A stretch of 63,950 nucleotides of DNA, filler included, from Octopus bimaculoides (taxonomy: Eukaryota), in the NCBI RefSeq assembly GCF_001194135.2. It is 4 parts of 4 records of this genome, joined end to end, with 100 filler letters (N's around TTAATTAATTAA, not from the genome) between each part and the next. Parts side by side here need not be neighbours in the genome. Positions count along the whole stretch, not along the records: positions 27,333 to 53,688 come from NC_068989.1; positions 53,789 to 61,724 come from NC_068982.1; 2 more parts are not named here. The stretch is one strand, 5' to 3'. Shown one piece after another: positions 48,510 through 61,696 of this stretch (position 1 is the first letter of the stretch; each line of letters begins with the position of its first letter). The notes beneath the pieces are model-generated. The model searched no databases, had not been told where the DNA came from, and worked only from the letters and a program-made list of their open reading frames with translations. Position numbers and translations under genes: made by a program.

Positions 48510-50950
48510 CCTCAAATGTTATGCACCAATGAATAGCAGTGATGAAGAAATAAGAAATAAAAGATTGTTGTTTTATGAAAAACTGCAAGCCGTGTTGAGC
48601 AAGTTCAAAGAACTGAAAATAAAAGATGCCGACATTGATCAGCGATTTCAACACAAATATTAACTCAGAATATCTTGGATACGAATTGACGATAAATAAA
48701 CAGAGTAGGAGTAAATATGAGTGAGGATGGTGAAAAGAAAGCAAATCTCAAACAACCTGTTAATTAGAGGAAACGTGTTCCCACACAAAAAGATCGATAA
48801 AGCAAACTGTATTTCATCAGGCAGAATTACATAAATCTGATTGACAATTTCTTCATCGCTCGCAAGTTCAAATGATCGATGACGCTACAATGAAGAAAGG
48901 TGTTGATGTGATATCTGACTACCATCTCTTTATTTCTCACATGAAACTAAAACTGAAGAAACGCACGGACTCCAGGCTATCAGAAAAAGATCAGCTTCAA
49001 TCCTTTGCAGGCTCAGAACTGCGTTTAATAACAAGCTTTAAATCCTCGGTCAAATCGCGATACAGATGACCTTCACTCTGAATAGAAAGCTACAAAGAAG
49101 TTGCAATTTTCACATATGGGAAAATCATTGGAGGGATAAAACAACAGCTCGAGGAATGGATGTCTATGCAAATATTATCAAATATTCTTTTCTACTCTAG
49201 GCACAAGGCCCGAAATTTTGGGGGAGGGGGCCAGTCGATTAGGTCGACCCTAGTACGCAAGTGGTATTTAATTCATCGATCCAGAAAGGATTAAAGCAAA
49301 GTCAACCTCGGCGGAATTTGAACTCAGAACGTAAAGACAGACAAAATAACGCTAAGCATTTCGCTCGGCTTGCTAACGTTTCTCCCAGCTCACAGCCTTC
49401 AATAATATCAAATATTGAGACCGGAAAGCTTTAAAAACCATTGCCAACCAAGCAAGAAATGCTAAAGCCATTGTCAAAAACTCATACTTCAGGGTTAATA
49501 AATAAGTTAAGGGCAGCATCTGAGCAATCATGCGCAAGTACAGTGATGACCTGACAGTAAAAGCTGCTGCTACGAGAGACAGCGTGTAGGACCTTTATTA
49601 TATCACAAGGAAGTGAGTGCTAAATGGTGAAGAAACGGTTCCTCTGTTCTCTGTCATTAACAGAGCAATTATTCTCGATTATTTGCCACCCAGGTAATAT
49701 GGTCGTTGATAATGGACCTGCTGCGGAAGAGTTAGGCATAATATATTGAAGAACTGCCAAGCAGATCAGTACCAGCAAACCCTCTAGACATACCAGTAGC
49801 TGGAGAGAACTTACCCATAAGCTGTAAAACAACCAAACTAGATTGAAATCCGAAAAGCTGTATCTTATCTAACGATCAACAAAGCAGACTACATCTACGT
49901 CAGATTATCTGGAAGAGGAATTCTTCACCGATAAGAGAGAAGACTATCTTGTGAATCTCCCAACGAAAAATTTCAGTGAATACCAAAACCATCGTGGAAT
50001 AATACTGCGGTCAGACCCTGAGATAGTTTTCAAACAGGGTGTTGCGAGATTTCCTATAATGGAAGATTGACAAAAAGACTTCACAATGAACCCCGGAGAC
50101 CGCCGAGGATGTCTTATTTTTCTTGTTAGAAATTGATTGAGTAATGAATATTTCAACAGTAGAAACAGACTAGATCAGAATTTAGAGAGCCATATGGAAC
50201 CGGCTTAACTTAAGGACCTTGATTACGCAGATATCTTTATATCGCTTCAGTCTGTATCAGATGTAAGAGAAGGCGAACACTGTCGGTAACATTTTTGCAC
50301 AAGTTAGACTAAACGTTCAAAGCGACAAGAAAACTTTTGATACGCAATGCTACCGCGGAAAAATCGGTACATAATAAGAATGACCCTCTTAAGTAAATTG
50401 CCAGCTTTACATATCTGGGTAGCATCATTGACCATCAGCATCAATCAGCATCTAGGTGAAACTGGAAGTAAAGCTAAGTTTGAAAGAGCGTGAGTCGCAT
50501 TGCTCTAGTGAAATAATATCTGAAAGTCGAGACCCATCTCTCAAGAACACTAAGATCCGCATCTATCATTCAAAGTTATTCCTATTGTGTGGAACTGAGA
50601 CGTGGAGGTATACAAAACCAGCCTATAAAAGATCCAGACATTCATCAGCTTCATCAGGGAGAATACTCAGTCTGTTGACCAAAGAAGATTAGCGGCATGG
50701 CCTTATGGGTGTAAAGCCATTAGAACCTCGTTGCAGCGGAATTCAAAGAAAGAAAATGGTGATTGATTGGACTCCATCAAAAAGAGCTAGTACAATGTCA
50801 ACGTCACCTAGTAGTCTTTCTGTCACCAGACGTTGTACAGGAATACTAAGGAACTCCTAACAGAGTGACTTGAAGAACAAAGTGAGAGTTAATTGGAACT
50901 GGGATCAATTAGAGAGAAAGGCCTAATACAGAGATACGTGAAAGAAGATG
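48510..50950 (+). mobile_element. highly degraded RTE-clade LINE (APE and RT remnants)
   Basis: YAPMN..DE, GNVFPHKKI, DVISDYHL...KLKLK, DLDYAD, FTYLGSII, L..GTETW. Confidence 0.7.
49187..49400 (-). mobile_element. SINE family A, full length, inserted in the RTE, 16-bp TSD
   Basis: TSD AATATTATCAAATATT (49171-49186) / AATAATATCAAATATT (49401-49416). Confidence 0.9.
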
Positions 50951-51100
50951 CCCTTGGAGCGTAGTAGCAAGGGCCTGATTGATACCTATATATTGAGAGA
51001 GAGGAAGACAGAGATTTTAGATTTATTTAAAAACGTACTTAAAAATAAATTCTATAAATGTATGCGCATAATATCCTAATAAATGTTTCTTCTTTTACAG

Positions 51101-51172
51101 ATACGTGTAGAATCTTCGGATATTCGTTCGACCAACAAGTAGTGAGATAAAGCTAATTTATAATCTTCAACT
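51101..51172 (+). other. candidate 72-nt non-coding (5' UTR) exon of the GPCR
   Basis: Branch-like CTAAT, then TTTCTTCTTTTACAG acceptor and CT|GTAAGC donor. Stops in all three frames. A further acceptor TTCTTAG ends at 51457, just upstream of the ATG. Confidence 0.45.
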
Positions 51173-51480
51173 GTAAGCCTAGAATTTAACCATTAAATTT
51201 GATATATTTCTACTTCCAAAATTGCATTGAAGGCTTTCTGCTTTTTACAACAGAGGTACATTTAAATTTTATGTTCTCGAAACATATAGCATTACTGCTA
51301 CAATATAGATTTCTTTTTATGATTAGTATAATTACAATTTTTTATGATTAGTATAATATTTAATGCGATTTCAAAAAAACTGCTAAATAAAAAAAAAAAA
51401 ACGTAAATTAATTTCTAATTGTAAAAATTAGATAGAACATCTGGTATCTATTCTTAGATATTCTTATTAAACGATTTGAA

Positions 51481-53478
51481 ATGGAAAGTTTTTTTCAATT
51501 CCTTATGGTTTCTCTAATACCATTCCAAAATCTTACATCAGCACAATTATCAGCGAACAACAGCAACGAAGACATTCCATCATGTCCTCCAGCCTTGTGT
51601 TCTAAAACTCCCCCACATGAACGCTGTTCATGCCACCAGGACTGTTTCCTCTACAATGAATGTTGTTCTGACATGAGTAATAACACCACATCTGAACACA
51701 AAGAACCCTATCCATCAATATATTACAGTTGTAGAAAGGCTAATGACTCTTATTATTATCAGTTTGACCGCTGTCCTCCCAACCATGACATTACGGAGTT
51801 TGTAAGCAACTGTGAAAATCCTAACTCAGAGGATCAACTGCAAAACATACCTGCTTTTGGTAAAACAAGTAAAAAATTATATAGGAACTTATATTGTGCC
51901 TTGTGTCATGGAGAAGAATTCATTTTATGGAATCTCAGGTTTGACTGCCATGAAAGTGGAAATGTAAACCTTGAAAAGCTATCAGATTTTGTCGAAGATC
52001 ATATGTGCAATAAAAAGTTAGAAATTCCCTCAAAGGATTTAGATCAATATCTCTTTCCTTGCAATCCATATATTTCTAGATGTCCTGAACATAACAATTA
52101 TACGGAGCTCGAAGTTGCATGCGAATATGAGCCCATGGCGTTAGTAGAAAGTGACTCAAAATTATTCAGAAACAGTCATTGTGTTGCATGTCATGGACTT
52201 AAAGAAATTTATGATTGGTGTAAAAAGAGAGGGGCTGTAAACGATTTTATACAACTGCCTTCATTAAGTATCCTTTTCGATTATCGTACCAATGTATTTG
52301 TAATATATGATATGAAGTCCAGCAACCGAAATGTTGAGAAATTGCCCTCTTGTCTAAAAAACTCCGTCTTTGATATAAATACACAGCAATGTCGACAAGT
52401 TGTCTATAATTCTCCATTAAACTGTACGGCAACAAGATTGAACAAATCTGAGTATTACATCACTAATGATGGTCGTCTCTACTTAAATAATACCCAACGT
52501 TTGCTGAACCAATCAGAATTCATTCAAGATTCTGACGGTATAATAAGTATCTGTATAAAGAATGGTAGCAGTGGTATATCAAAATATTCCATTGCTGAGG
52601 GCTATATCACATTAGTAGGACTAATAATCTCTATTCCAGCTCTAGCAATCACCATTATAGTCTATCTCTGTATACCTGATCTCTGTACCTTACCAGGTAA
52701 ATTACTCATTAGTCTTTTGTCAGCACTGTTTGTAGCTGAGCTTCTCTTTCTTATCTCATCACAAGTCACTAAATCTACAGTGCTATGTACATCTTTAGCT
52801 ATTATGATGCATTATTTGTTTTTAGCAACTTTCTTCTGGATGAATGTCATGTCATTTGATGCCTGGTACACTTTCTCAGGATTTAAACAACTTCGGAGTT
52901 CAGGAAAAGGTACTAAGAGACTTGTATTGTATTCTTTGTATGGCTGGATCTGTCCAGTTGTAATTGTAACTATTTCACTGATATTTGAGTACACACCTGG
53001 AAATCATGGACTTTCTCCGGAATATGGAAATGGTGTTTGCTGGATTACAAACGGAAAAGGTCTGCTGTGGCTATTTGCAACCCCTGTAATGATTATTTTA
53101 TGTCTTAATATATTGGCATTTATCCTTACCTCTAGAGGGCTATATATGGCCAGGAAATTTTCATCGAAATATTTACGTAAACGCAATAAACTGGAATTCC
53201 TCATTTACATAAAACTCTGCTTCGTCATGGGACTAACATGGATATTCGCATTCTTCTATACATTTACAAGAATTGATGAATTTTCTCTATTATTTTGTAT
53301 TTTAAACTCATTTACTGGACTGTTCATTTGCCTCTCGTTCCTCCTCACGAAAATCGTCTGCCGTAGACTGCTGAAAAAAATGCATAAGTTTCAAAAGCGC
53401 CCTCCTACCAGATCCATGGCTTTATCTTCAACTTCCTCTAAAACACTAATGACGGACACATTTAGTCAGATTCCTTAA
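51481..53478 (+). CDS. 665-aa family-B (secretin-like/Methuselah-like) GPCR with SMB-like Cys-rich ectodomain, single coding exon
   Basis: Signal-peptide-like N-terminus, CSC..DC..YNECCSD SMB-like motif and seven hydrophobic helices. Family-B motifs HYLFLATFFWM, YSLYGW, CWI, MGLTWIF, LNSFTG. No GPS (CxCxHLT) motif before TM1. Confidence 0.93.
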   Translation: MESFFQFLMVSLIPFQNLTSAQLSANNSNEDIPSCPPALCSKTPPHERCSCHQDCFLYNECCSDMSNNTTSEHKEPYPSIYYSCRKANDSYYYQFDRCPPNHDITEFVSNCENPNSEDQLQNIPAFGKTSKKLYRNLYCALCHGEEFILWNLRFDCHESGNVNLEKLSDFVEDHMCNKKLEIPSKDLDQYLFPCNPYISRCPEHNNYTELEVACEYEPMALVESDSKLFRNSHCVACHGLKEIYDWCKKRGAVNDFIQLPSLSILFDYRTNVFVIYDMKSSNRNVEKLPSCLKNSVFDINTQQCRQVVYNSPLNCTATRLNKSEYYITNDGRLYLNNTQRLLNQSEFIQDSDGIISICIKNGSSGISKYSIAEGYITLVGLIISIPALAITIIVYLCIPDLCTLPGKLLISLLSALFVAELLFLISSQVTKSTVLCTSLAIMMHYLFLATFFWMNVMSFDAWYTFSGFKQLRSSGKGTKRLVLYSLYGWICPVVIVTISLIFEYTPGNHGLSPEYGNGVCWITNGKGLLWLFATPVMIILCLNILAFILTSRGLYMARKFSSKYLRKRNKLEFLIYIKLCFVMGLTWIFAFFYTFTRIDEFSLLFCILNSFTGLFICLSFLLTKIVCRRLLKKMHKFQKRPPTRSMALSSTSSKTLMTDTFSQIP

Positions 53479-53652
53479 GGTAGAGCATATATGTATCTCT
53501 CTCTGAAAGAAACTGATCCCATCTATCTTTCAATATCAAGATTCCTAATTTTCTGTTGCTTCTACAAATAATATCATATGTGCGTGTATGTGTGTGTGTG
53601 TGCGTGTAAACATGTATGCATACATACATACATATCTATGAATGTGTGTATG

Positions 53653-53686
<34 letters not shown>

Positions 53687-53688
53687 TA

Positions 53689-53788
53689 NNNNNNNNNNNN
53701 NNNNNNNNNNNNNNNNNNNNNNNNNNNNNNNNTTAATTAATTAANNNNNNNNNNNNNNNNNNNNNNNNNNNNNNNNNNNNNNNNNNNN
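53689..53788. other. artificial 100-nt scaffold joiner
   Basis: 44 N + TTAATTAATTAA + 44 N. Confidence 0.9.
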
Positions 53789-54336
53789 CCTATGTTGTAA
53801 TTTTTCCCCATATATATGCATATGTATGCATATATACATCCTCCTCATGCACACCTATGTATTTATATGTAAATATTCATATGTATACCTTTATGAATAT
53901 CTATGTGTGTACGCCTGAGTGCATGTGTTAATATATGTATACACACAATCAAATAAAGAGCCAGAATTGACAAAAATTTGATGGTCTGCTGTGGAGATTT
54001 GTTACAGACTGATATTAAGAGAAATATCTACTAGGTCAAAGTACTGTATATTGTATGAAATAACGATATAGGCAAATATATAACCTGTCTCTCAATAATG
54101 AAAAATTTGTTTAAACATTTTATGATAATAGTGAAAGACAGTTCTTTTTCATTCATTCTAATCTTAAGAAACAGCCATTTATCATTTTGACCTTTCTTAG
54201 AATGATTAATTTGAAAAATATATCTCTTAGATTACGATATTTCAACAATCTGTCTTATTAACTTTGTCTGTATCTACAAAACTCTCAGCATTCAGTAAAA
54301 AAAAAAACAACAAACAAACACTATTTTGGTGCATGA

Positions 54337-54368
<32 letters not shown>

Positions 54369-57271
54369 CATTGAATTTTATTTGGCTTCAATTTATTACT
54401 CCTTGTAAGGCTGAATGCTCTTAACAAAGTTTTGAGTGGTACAGTAGGATAATTTAAGAGTGCACTTATTAAATATTTGGTTGTATTTATGGTACGTTGG
54501 GAAGTTAGGTATAAGTAGAGAAAAGAATATTTTAGATATTGAAGTTTTTACCTAGAGATTGTGGGGAGAATTATACCTCATGTAGGAGATTCAATGTATG
54601 GAAAACCACTAAAATTAGGTCAACCTACACAAATAGGGAAAATAGAAACAAAAAAAGTCTTGTCTTATAATCCTCCATACAATCTTTTAGTAAAACCTGA
54701 GAATCTAAACTATTCTTCTCTCTACTTAACACTAACTATTTCCCACATAATAAATACTATCAAATATTTAATTAGTTTACTGTTAAGCTATCATACACTA
54801 CCACACCAGAATTTGCTGACAATATTGCACAGTAAAATGAAACCATCTAAAGACCTAGTTCTTACCAATAACTAGTGACCAGTCCTGAATTATCACCTGT
54901 GTTATATATAAACAGAGGCAAAGTTAATTTCTTCCAAATGTCATTTATAATGTAAATTTCTTAATTACGTATTATCTATGTAAATATTCTTACATTCATG
55001 TTACATAATCGTTTGTCTCCTGTTTTTTTTTGTTTTTTTTTTTAAATCACTTTAGAAATTCTCAAAATGAACAGCTGCAATGACAGCAGCAGCAGCCGCG
55101 TGAGCAGAACAACAGCTGCAGCACGAATTGATCTATGATTAGTCTTTTCTTTTAAATTTGTTCATTCCTTGTTACTTTTCAATATTTTCCTGACTGTTTT
55201 TACTCTTTTTATTATTATTTCGTTACTCCTATCCAGTCATTAAAATTAATGTTTATTCCTTCGGCACTTTGATCCGCCAAAAGGCTAAACATGATCGAAG
55301 CGGAAGGGAGACAACTGCTGTTCAAACTCATTAGTGTCCAGCAGCGAGCGTGTCTTGCAGGGTTAAATTGATTCAATCACTCTACATTTATGGACAGATT
55401 GTACAGAATAAATTAATAGTGTTACAACTTCTCAAACAGTACTACACCTATAGTAATAGGAAAAAAAATATATATACATATATATATATGTATTCTGAAT
55501 AAATAATCAATTAAGCTGATTTTAATGTTGATTTCTCACGAAGTGCATCAATGTTTCTAATATCTTTTTAACATTAGAAGTCCTGTCTTTGATCTTTAAA
55601 TGTCTTTGAATGGTAATCGATCTGTAAGAGAATGTTTATCGCCTGTTTTGAATATCAATTGCTGTTCAGAAGAATGCTTATTAAAAATTTACAACAGTAA
55701 TCCTAATGTTGATCCTACATTTTTTTTCCCCCTTTACATCTCTTTTGATGTAAATAATTCTGTGTAACAGAGTGCAAATGTATGTATGAGTGTGTGTGGG
55801 GGTATATGTGTATGTGTGTGTGTGTATTGCCTGTGGAGACTAATTTTAGAAGAGAAATGAGATGTGTCGATTTTTTTTTTTTTTTTAGTGCAAACAATAT
55901 GCTTAGAAACATAAAGGCAACAATGTTTGTTAGTTAATCCTAAATATTGAAGTACTATACACAATCGATTAAAAGATATTGATGTTTCTGCATTCATGAT
56001 CATGAGGAGAAAGTCGATTGCCTCTTTCACTATATTTTCACTTCATTGCAGATGTGTTCTGAATAAAATATATTACCTAAATAAATTTCTAAAATGAATT
56101 ATAATTTCAAAACAGTTGAAATTGTAGTTTATATAATCAATTTATGATGAAGTCATGTAACTGTTATTCAATAGTTTTGTGAAGATGCCAACTAACTCAG
56201 AAATTGAACCCTGTTCTACTTTGCCCATTAATCAGTAGAATGCATATCACTCATGAGATTTGTTTGGTTAAGAGAACTAAATCTTATTAAAATTTATTAT
56301 ATAATATCTGTAGAGAGAGATATGGTTATTTAGATAAATAGTATAATGTTTTGCTATAAAACATGTATTAGCAGAAAGATAGGATATTATTTATCAGCAA
56401 AATGTTATTTCTTGGTAATGGATACAAATTTATTACTCTGATACAATATTTTTATATATTCTCCTATTCATATATCTTTATACAGCGAGTCACATTTACA
56501 TTTTCTCTTGATTATGTTTTCAAAATCTCTGAAATGCTTCTAGCATGACTGTATATTTTGGAATTTGCTTAAGCTTGGAATATTATCCACAACTATTTTA
56601 TAATATAATAATTGCTACTAAGAAAGACACGTACACACACACACCCTGTCATAAAATACCTACTCAAAGCGAACATATGTGATTGCTCAAGCTCTCCAAT
56701 GTATCTGAGAGTTAAACCAGGGCATAAAAATAGAAGTAATATAATTATATCAAACGCCAGACAGCTTCTAGATATTTAATCAAAAAATCATGGGACATTA
56801 GCAGTTTATGTAAAATGCTATAGAGTGATTTAGTCATTTGTAAAAAGAAAACCTAGTTCTTTGTAATTTCTTGCAGGTCATTAAAAATGAAGAAGGAAAA
56901 GGAAAAATAATAAATTTATAAACACCTAAAATAAAATTGTTTCTCTTTTTATATTTTGTAAATTGTATAAAAATACAAAAAAGACAGCTTCATGTCTTTC
57001 TATTAACAGTATCTGTTATCCTTTATCTTTTACTTGTTTCTGTCATTACACTGTGGCCATGCTGGGGCACAGCTTTCAAGAATTTTGCTGAACGAATCAG
57101 CCCCAAGGTTTATTTTTTAAAGACTGCTTCTTATTCTATCGGTCTCTCTTTCTGAACTGCTAAGTTACAGGGATGTAAATAAACCAACTCTTGTTGTCAA
57201 GCAATATTGGTGAACAAACACACACACACACATGTATGAATGTATATATATGTGTGTGTGTGTGTGTGTAT

Positions 57272-57431
57272 GATGAGTTTCTTTCAGTTTCTTAGTATTA
57301 AATTCCCTTGCATGCCTTTGGTCATCCCAAGGCTATAGTAAAAAACACTCATCCAAAGTACCACACAGTGGGATTGAACCTGGAACCTGGAATCATGTGA
57401 TTGGTAAGCAAACTTCTTACCACACAGCTTC
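57272..57431 (-). mobile_element. SINE family B, diverged
   Basis: Reverse complement reads GGCACAGGAGAAGCTGTGTGGTAAGAAGTTTGCTT...GGTTCAATCCCACTG...GAAACTGAAAGAA. Confidence 0.7.
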
Positions 57432-58391
57432 TCCTGTGCCTATAAAGATAATTCTTTCTCTTTTTCACTTTGATGTTTTCCGCAAAAAATGTAATTTTTC
57501 AAATTTTAAGCTTCAAAATTTATGCTGTAATTAGAGCTATTCGGAGATTTTAAATAAGTTATTGTAAAAATTTTCTATTGCTCTATATTTATTATACATG
57601 CACTTATCTGTCATATATTTAGCAAATTTGGAAAATATACAGTTCTGTTATTTTTAATGGACTTTTTGTTATTTGAAAGCATTTATATAATGCATATTTT
57701 TTTCTTTTCAAAGTAGATTAAAATAAATTTGAAAAATAAATTGGAAGCTCTTTAGTGCAATACCAAACCCATTTGGCTGCCATATTTTCATGGTAATGTG
57801 GTTGTAATTTTCTATAGTAAAACAGGAATTTGATGGAAGGAACTTACTACACATTAACATAGCAAGTCTGGCATTTATAACCAATCCATATCAAATCAGG
57901 CATTTCATGTTTAATATTATAATATTGTCTATAAACAATAATCAGATTTCCAATTATTATACTTTTCTAAGAAGCCCATTTGTAACTGAAATTTCATTAA
58001 CATTAACTACAGGATTCTGAAAATTATTCTACTTTCCTCTTTCAACATATTGACGACTAATTCTATATAATATTCATACAATGGTAGAATAAACTTACAT
58101 TACACCTATTGAAAAATCGGTAAATGAGATTTCCTAGTAATTTTATCTAATATTGTAGAGAAATTGAAGCTGAAAATGTCACTTGGCTTTCAGAAATGTT
58201 AAAAGCTCCTGAGTGGATTGTAGTTAACTAATCACATGAATAACTAATCAGATGTTGCCCAAATATATTGCCGTCAGTGATTAGGAAGTAAGTGTAAAAC
58301 CATCAGCTGCTACAAAGAGTACTTGAAGTATTGAAACAATGTAATAATAGAAGGCAGAAAAGATTAGAGAACTTGTATGTATGTGTATATA

Positions 58392-58792
58392 CAGGGTGTT
58401 CAAAAAGTCTCTCCGCAGTGAATTTTTTTTTCCATCCTGCACATGTGCAACTTGGCTATCACTGCATGGGTGGCTGGGTGTCAGCCAGACTTTTTTGTTC
58501 TGGGGAGCAAGTAAAGGATCAGTGCAAAAAAATTACTCGAAAACCATTAATGAGCTAAAAGACCCAATCATAACCTTCACATGGTCCATAGTGCATCAGA
58601 CTCTCCAAGATGTATTTCAAAACATGTGTAGAAGAGTCAACTTATGTATTGAAAATGAAGGACGACACTTTCAACACCTCTTATAAAGTTTTTCTAAAGT
58701 CTTGTAAAGTCTAATGTATTCTTTTGTAGTCTTATACCATCTTATATTTATTTTGCAATAAAATACTGCGGAGAGATGTTTTGAACACGCTG
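58392..58792 (+). mobile_element. Tc1/mariner-superfamily internal-deletion derivative (MITE-like) keeping the transposase C-terminus
   Basis: TIRs CAGGGTGTTCAAAAAGTCTCTCCGCAGT / ACTGCGGAGAGATGTTTTGAACACGCTG, TA on the left. Encodes INELK...VFQNMCRRVNLCIENEGRHFQHLL*. Confidence 0.8.
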
Positions 58793-59222
58793 TGTNNNNN
58801 NNNNNNNNNNNNNNNNNNNNNNNNNNNNNNNNNNNNNNNNNNNNNNNNNNNNNNNNNNNNNNNNNNNNNNNNNNNNNNNNNNNNNNNNNNNNNNNNNNNN
58901 NNNNNNNNNNNNNNNNNNNNNNNNNNNNNNNNNNNNNNNNNNNNNNNNNNNNNNNNNNNNNNNNNNNNNNNNNNNNNNNNNNNNNNNNNNNNNNNNNNNN
59001 NNNNNNNNNNNNNNNNNNNNNNNNNNNNNNNNNNNNNNNNNNNNNNNNNNNNNNNNNNNNNNNNNNNNNNNNNNNNNNNNNNNNNNNNNNNNNNNNNNNN
59101 NNNNNNNNNNNNNNNNNNNNNNNNNNNNNNNNNNNNNNNNNNNNNNNNNNNNNNNNNNNNNNNNNNNNNNNNNNNNNNNNNNNNNNNNNNNNNNNNNNNN
59201 NNNNNNNNNNNNNNNNNNNNNN

Positions 59223-59369
59223 TTAGGAAGGGCATCCAGCTGTAGAAACTCTGCCAAATTAGACTGGAGCCTGGTGTTGCCATCCGGTTTCACCAGTCCT
59301 CAGTCAAATCGTCCAACCCATGCTAGCATGGAAAGCGGACGTTAAACGATGATGATGATGATGATGATG

Positions 59370-59370
<1 letters not shown>
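59223..59370 (+). mobile_element. 3' end of a SINE or LINE with a (GAT)n tail
   Basis: AGGAAGGGCATCCAGCTGTAGAAAC...CCCATGCTAGCATGGAAAGCGGACGTTAAAC(GAT)n. Confidence 0.6.
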
Positions 59371-59408
<38 letters not shown>

Positions 59409-60825
59409 TATATATATAAAGAAAATAAACAAGGTAGAAAATGCTAAAATAATTTTATCTTGAAGAATATTTTTAGTATCGGTTTCAGTCTGCGACTTTT
59501 TCAGCTTAGAGTAAAGCATGAAAAACAATTAAATTGTGAGAAAATTACATGAAATGTCTTTTAAAATATTTCCAAGGGACATTTTTCTTTTTTCTGTGAG
59601 GGCTTGGTAGTAGGTAGTAGCAGTCCTAAAAAATATTTGATATGAGTTCTTGCTTTTGGTTGTTTAAGCAGCAGCAGGAGCTGAGGAAGGAGGCAGTGCT
59701 TTTTATGTGCCACTGGCATGGGACCAGTCGGGGGAACTGACATCGACCACGTTCGAATAATGCTTTTTACGTGCCACCAGCACGGGAGCCAGTCAGGTGT
59801 TTATTTTCTATATAGATATTAAGCTAGAATTGATAATCAAGAATAGGAGCCATTATGTTCATTCATCTCCAAAAATAAAGTGGGTTAATAAAGAAATATA
59901 AAAATCAATTAATAAATTCACTTTGCTAACAAATGATGGCTAAAATTTTGCTGTGCTTTCATTCATTTTGTTGATTTTTTAAAATTTACTATCTTGTTTA
60001 ATTCAATGATTAGTAGCAAAGACTGTGGTTGACATAATTCTTATAATTAACTGCTCCCATGTCAATAACAATTGAAATAATATTAACATGTTGGAACCAC
60101 AGTAGTTTTTCCATATTACAACCTGCTGTCCAGCTTTCTTGTAAAGATAAAACCATTGCTACTCCCACCGGGCATCTATCTCACATTACAGCAGTTACTA
60201 TCCTTTGTAGAAAAACACAACCAACCAAATATGCAAAATATATTAGCTCAGAACCCAATCCTTTGCAGCAGTAATAAAAAATTTCAAGGTTCTTTTCACC
60301 AAACCTGCAAGTAATAAACCGAAATATATTTCTAACAATGGTCGAAAGAAGAAAGAGAATACAGGGAATGGATGATTGAATTTACATTGAATTGAAGCTT
60401 GCCATGTTTATTATTGGTGCTATATTAAGAGATTCAACAAATGTTAAAGTTCACATCACTCCATAGGTTTTCTGCTGTTCCCACTATGTTAGTGAGAGAA
60501 AAAAAAAAAAAACAGAAAAAGAAAAAGAAAATTACAAATTTCAAAAGTTACTCTCTGCTAAGTGTATAAACTGGACACAATTTAATCAACTAGAAACCAT
60601 TCCTATGGCAACAAACAAGAATGTTTACACAGCAGCTCACAGTAATTGCTCACATCATATCCACTGTTTCCTTTGGTTAACCACTGAAAAAGATGGCACT
60701 GTAATAACCATCTTAAAATGTAGCTTTCTAATCAGACCAATATCTCTAGAATATTTAATATCGTTTGAATGTATTAGTTGTATATGAACAATTTTCATCC
60801 ACTGGGAAATTCTATTCACTGTTTA

Positions 60826-60861
<36 letters not shown>

Positions 60862-61484
60862 CTGGTGTCATAGTCAATTTCTGTTTCAGATTCTATAGCA
60901 TTCTTATCTTCATCTCTATTCATTACTATAATGCCATTATGTAGAGTGATGTCAACATTCACTTCAACAACAATCATGAAAATAATAATGCATTATAAAT
61001 TCCTGACAACTTGAAAAAATTCTCCATATCTCAAGCAGTCGACAAATACACCCACAAGGCTGGCAATCTAATAGATGTTTTTGTAACTGGGTCTTGACAT
61101 CACACTGAATGATATCAAATTGTTGAACTAAATTACAGTAACCAGAGTAAAATATTTTTAAACTACCTCACAAGAGAAATCTCACCATTCTTCAAAATAT
61201 ATGGATGCTTGTGACTTGGGAAGAAGAATTCTATGTGTCAGATCTCATATTGAAGAAAAGCATTCAAAATTTCTATGTGATTTTTTTTCTCATAATTAGT
61301 TTCTGTACCTAAAACTTAAATGTTCATAAGCTTAATCATTTATTTGTTTCATCTTATACCATATTTGGTAAATAATAGTATTACTTGATATAGTTTTCCA
61401 CTGGAATATTTGTTGTGTCACTGCATCACTGATGGTGTAAATGGTTGGACATTGTATGAGCAACTCATGCACAACAAATATTCA

Positions 61485-61696
61485 TTTCTACTCTAGGCAC
61501 AAGGCCCAAAATTTTGGGGGAGGGGGCCAGTCAATTAGATTGACCCCAGTACACAACTGGTACTTAATTTATTGACCCCGGAAAGATGAGAGGCAAAGTC
61601 GACCTCGGTGGAATCTGAACTCAGAACATAAAGACAGACAAAATGCCGCTAAGCATTTCACCCAGAGTGCTAACGTTTCCGCCAGCTTGCTGTCTT
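61485..61696 (-). mobile_element. SINE family A, full length with 17-bp TSD
   Basis: TGCACAACAAATATTCA at 61468-61484 and 61697-61713. Confidence 0.85.

Noticed and set aside
51481-53478. Calling the gene a true adhesion GPCR or assigning a symbol (mth, Cirl, ADGR)
   Set aside because: No GPS/GAIN cleavage motif is visible, and orthology cannot be established without a phylogeny.
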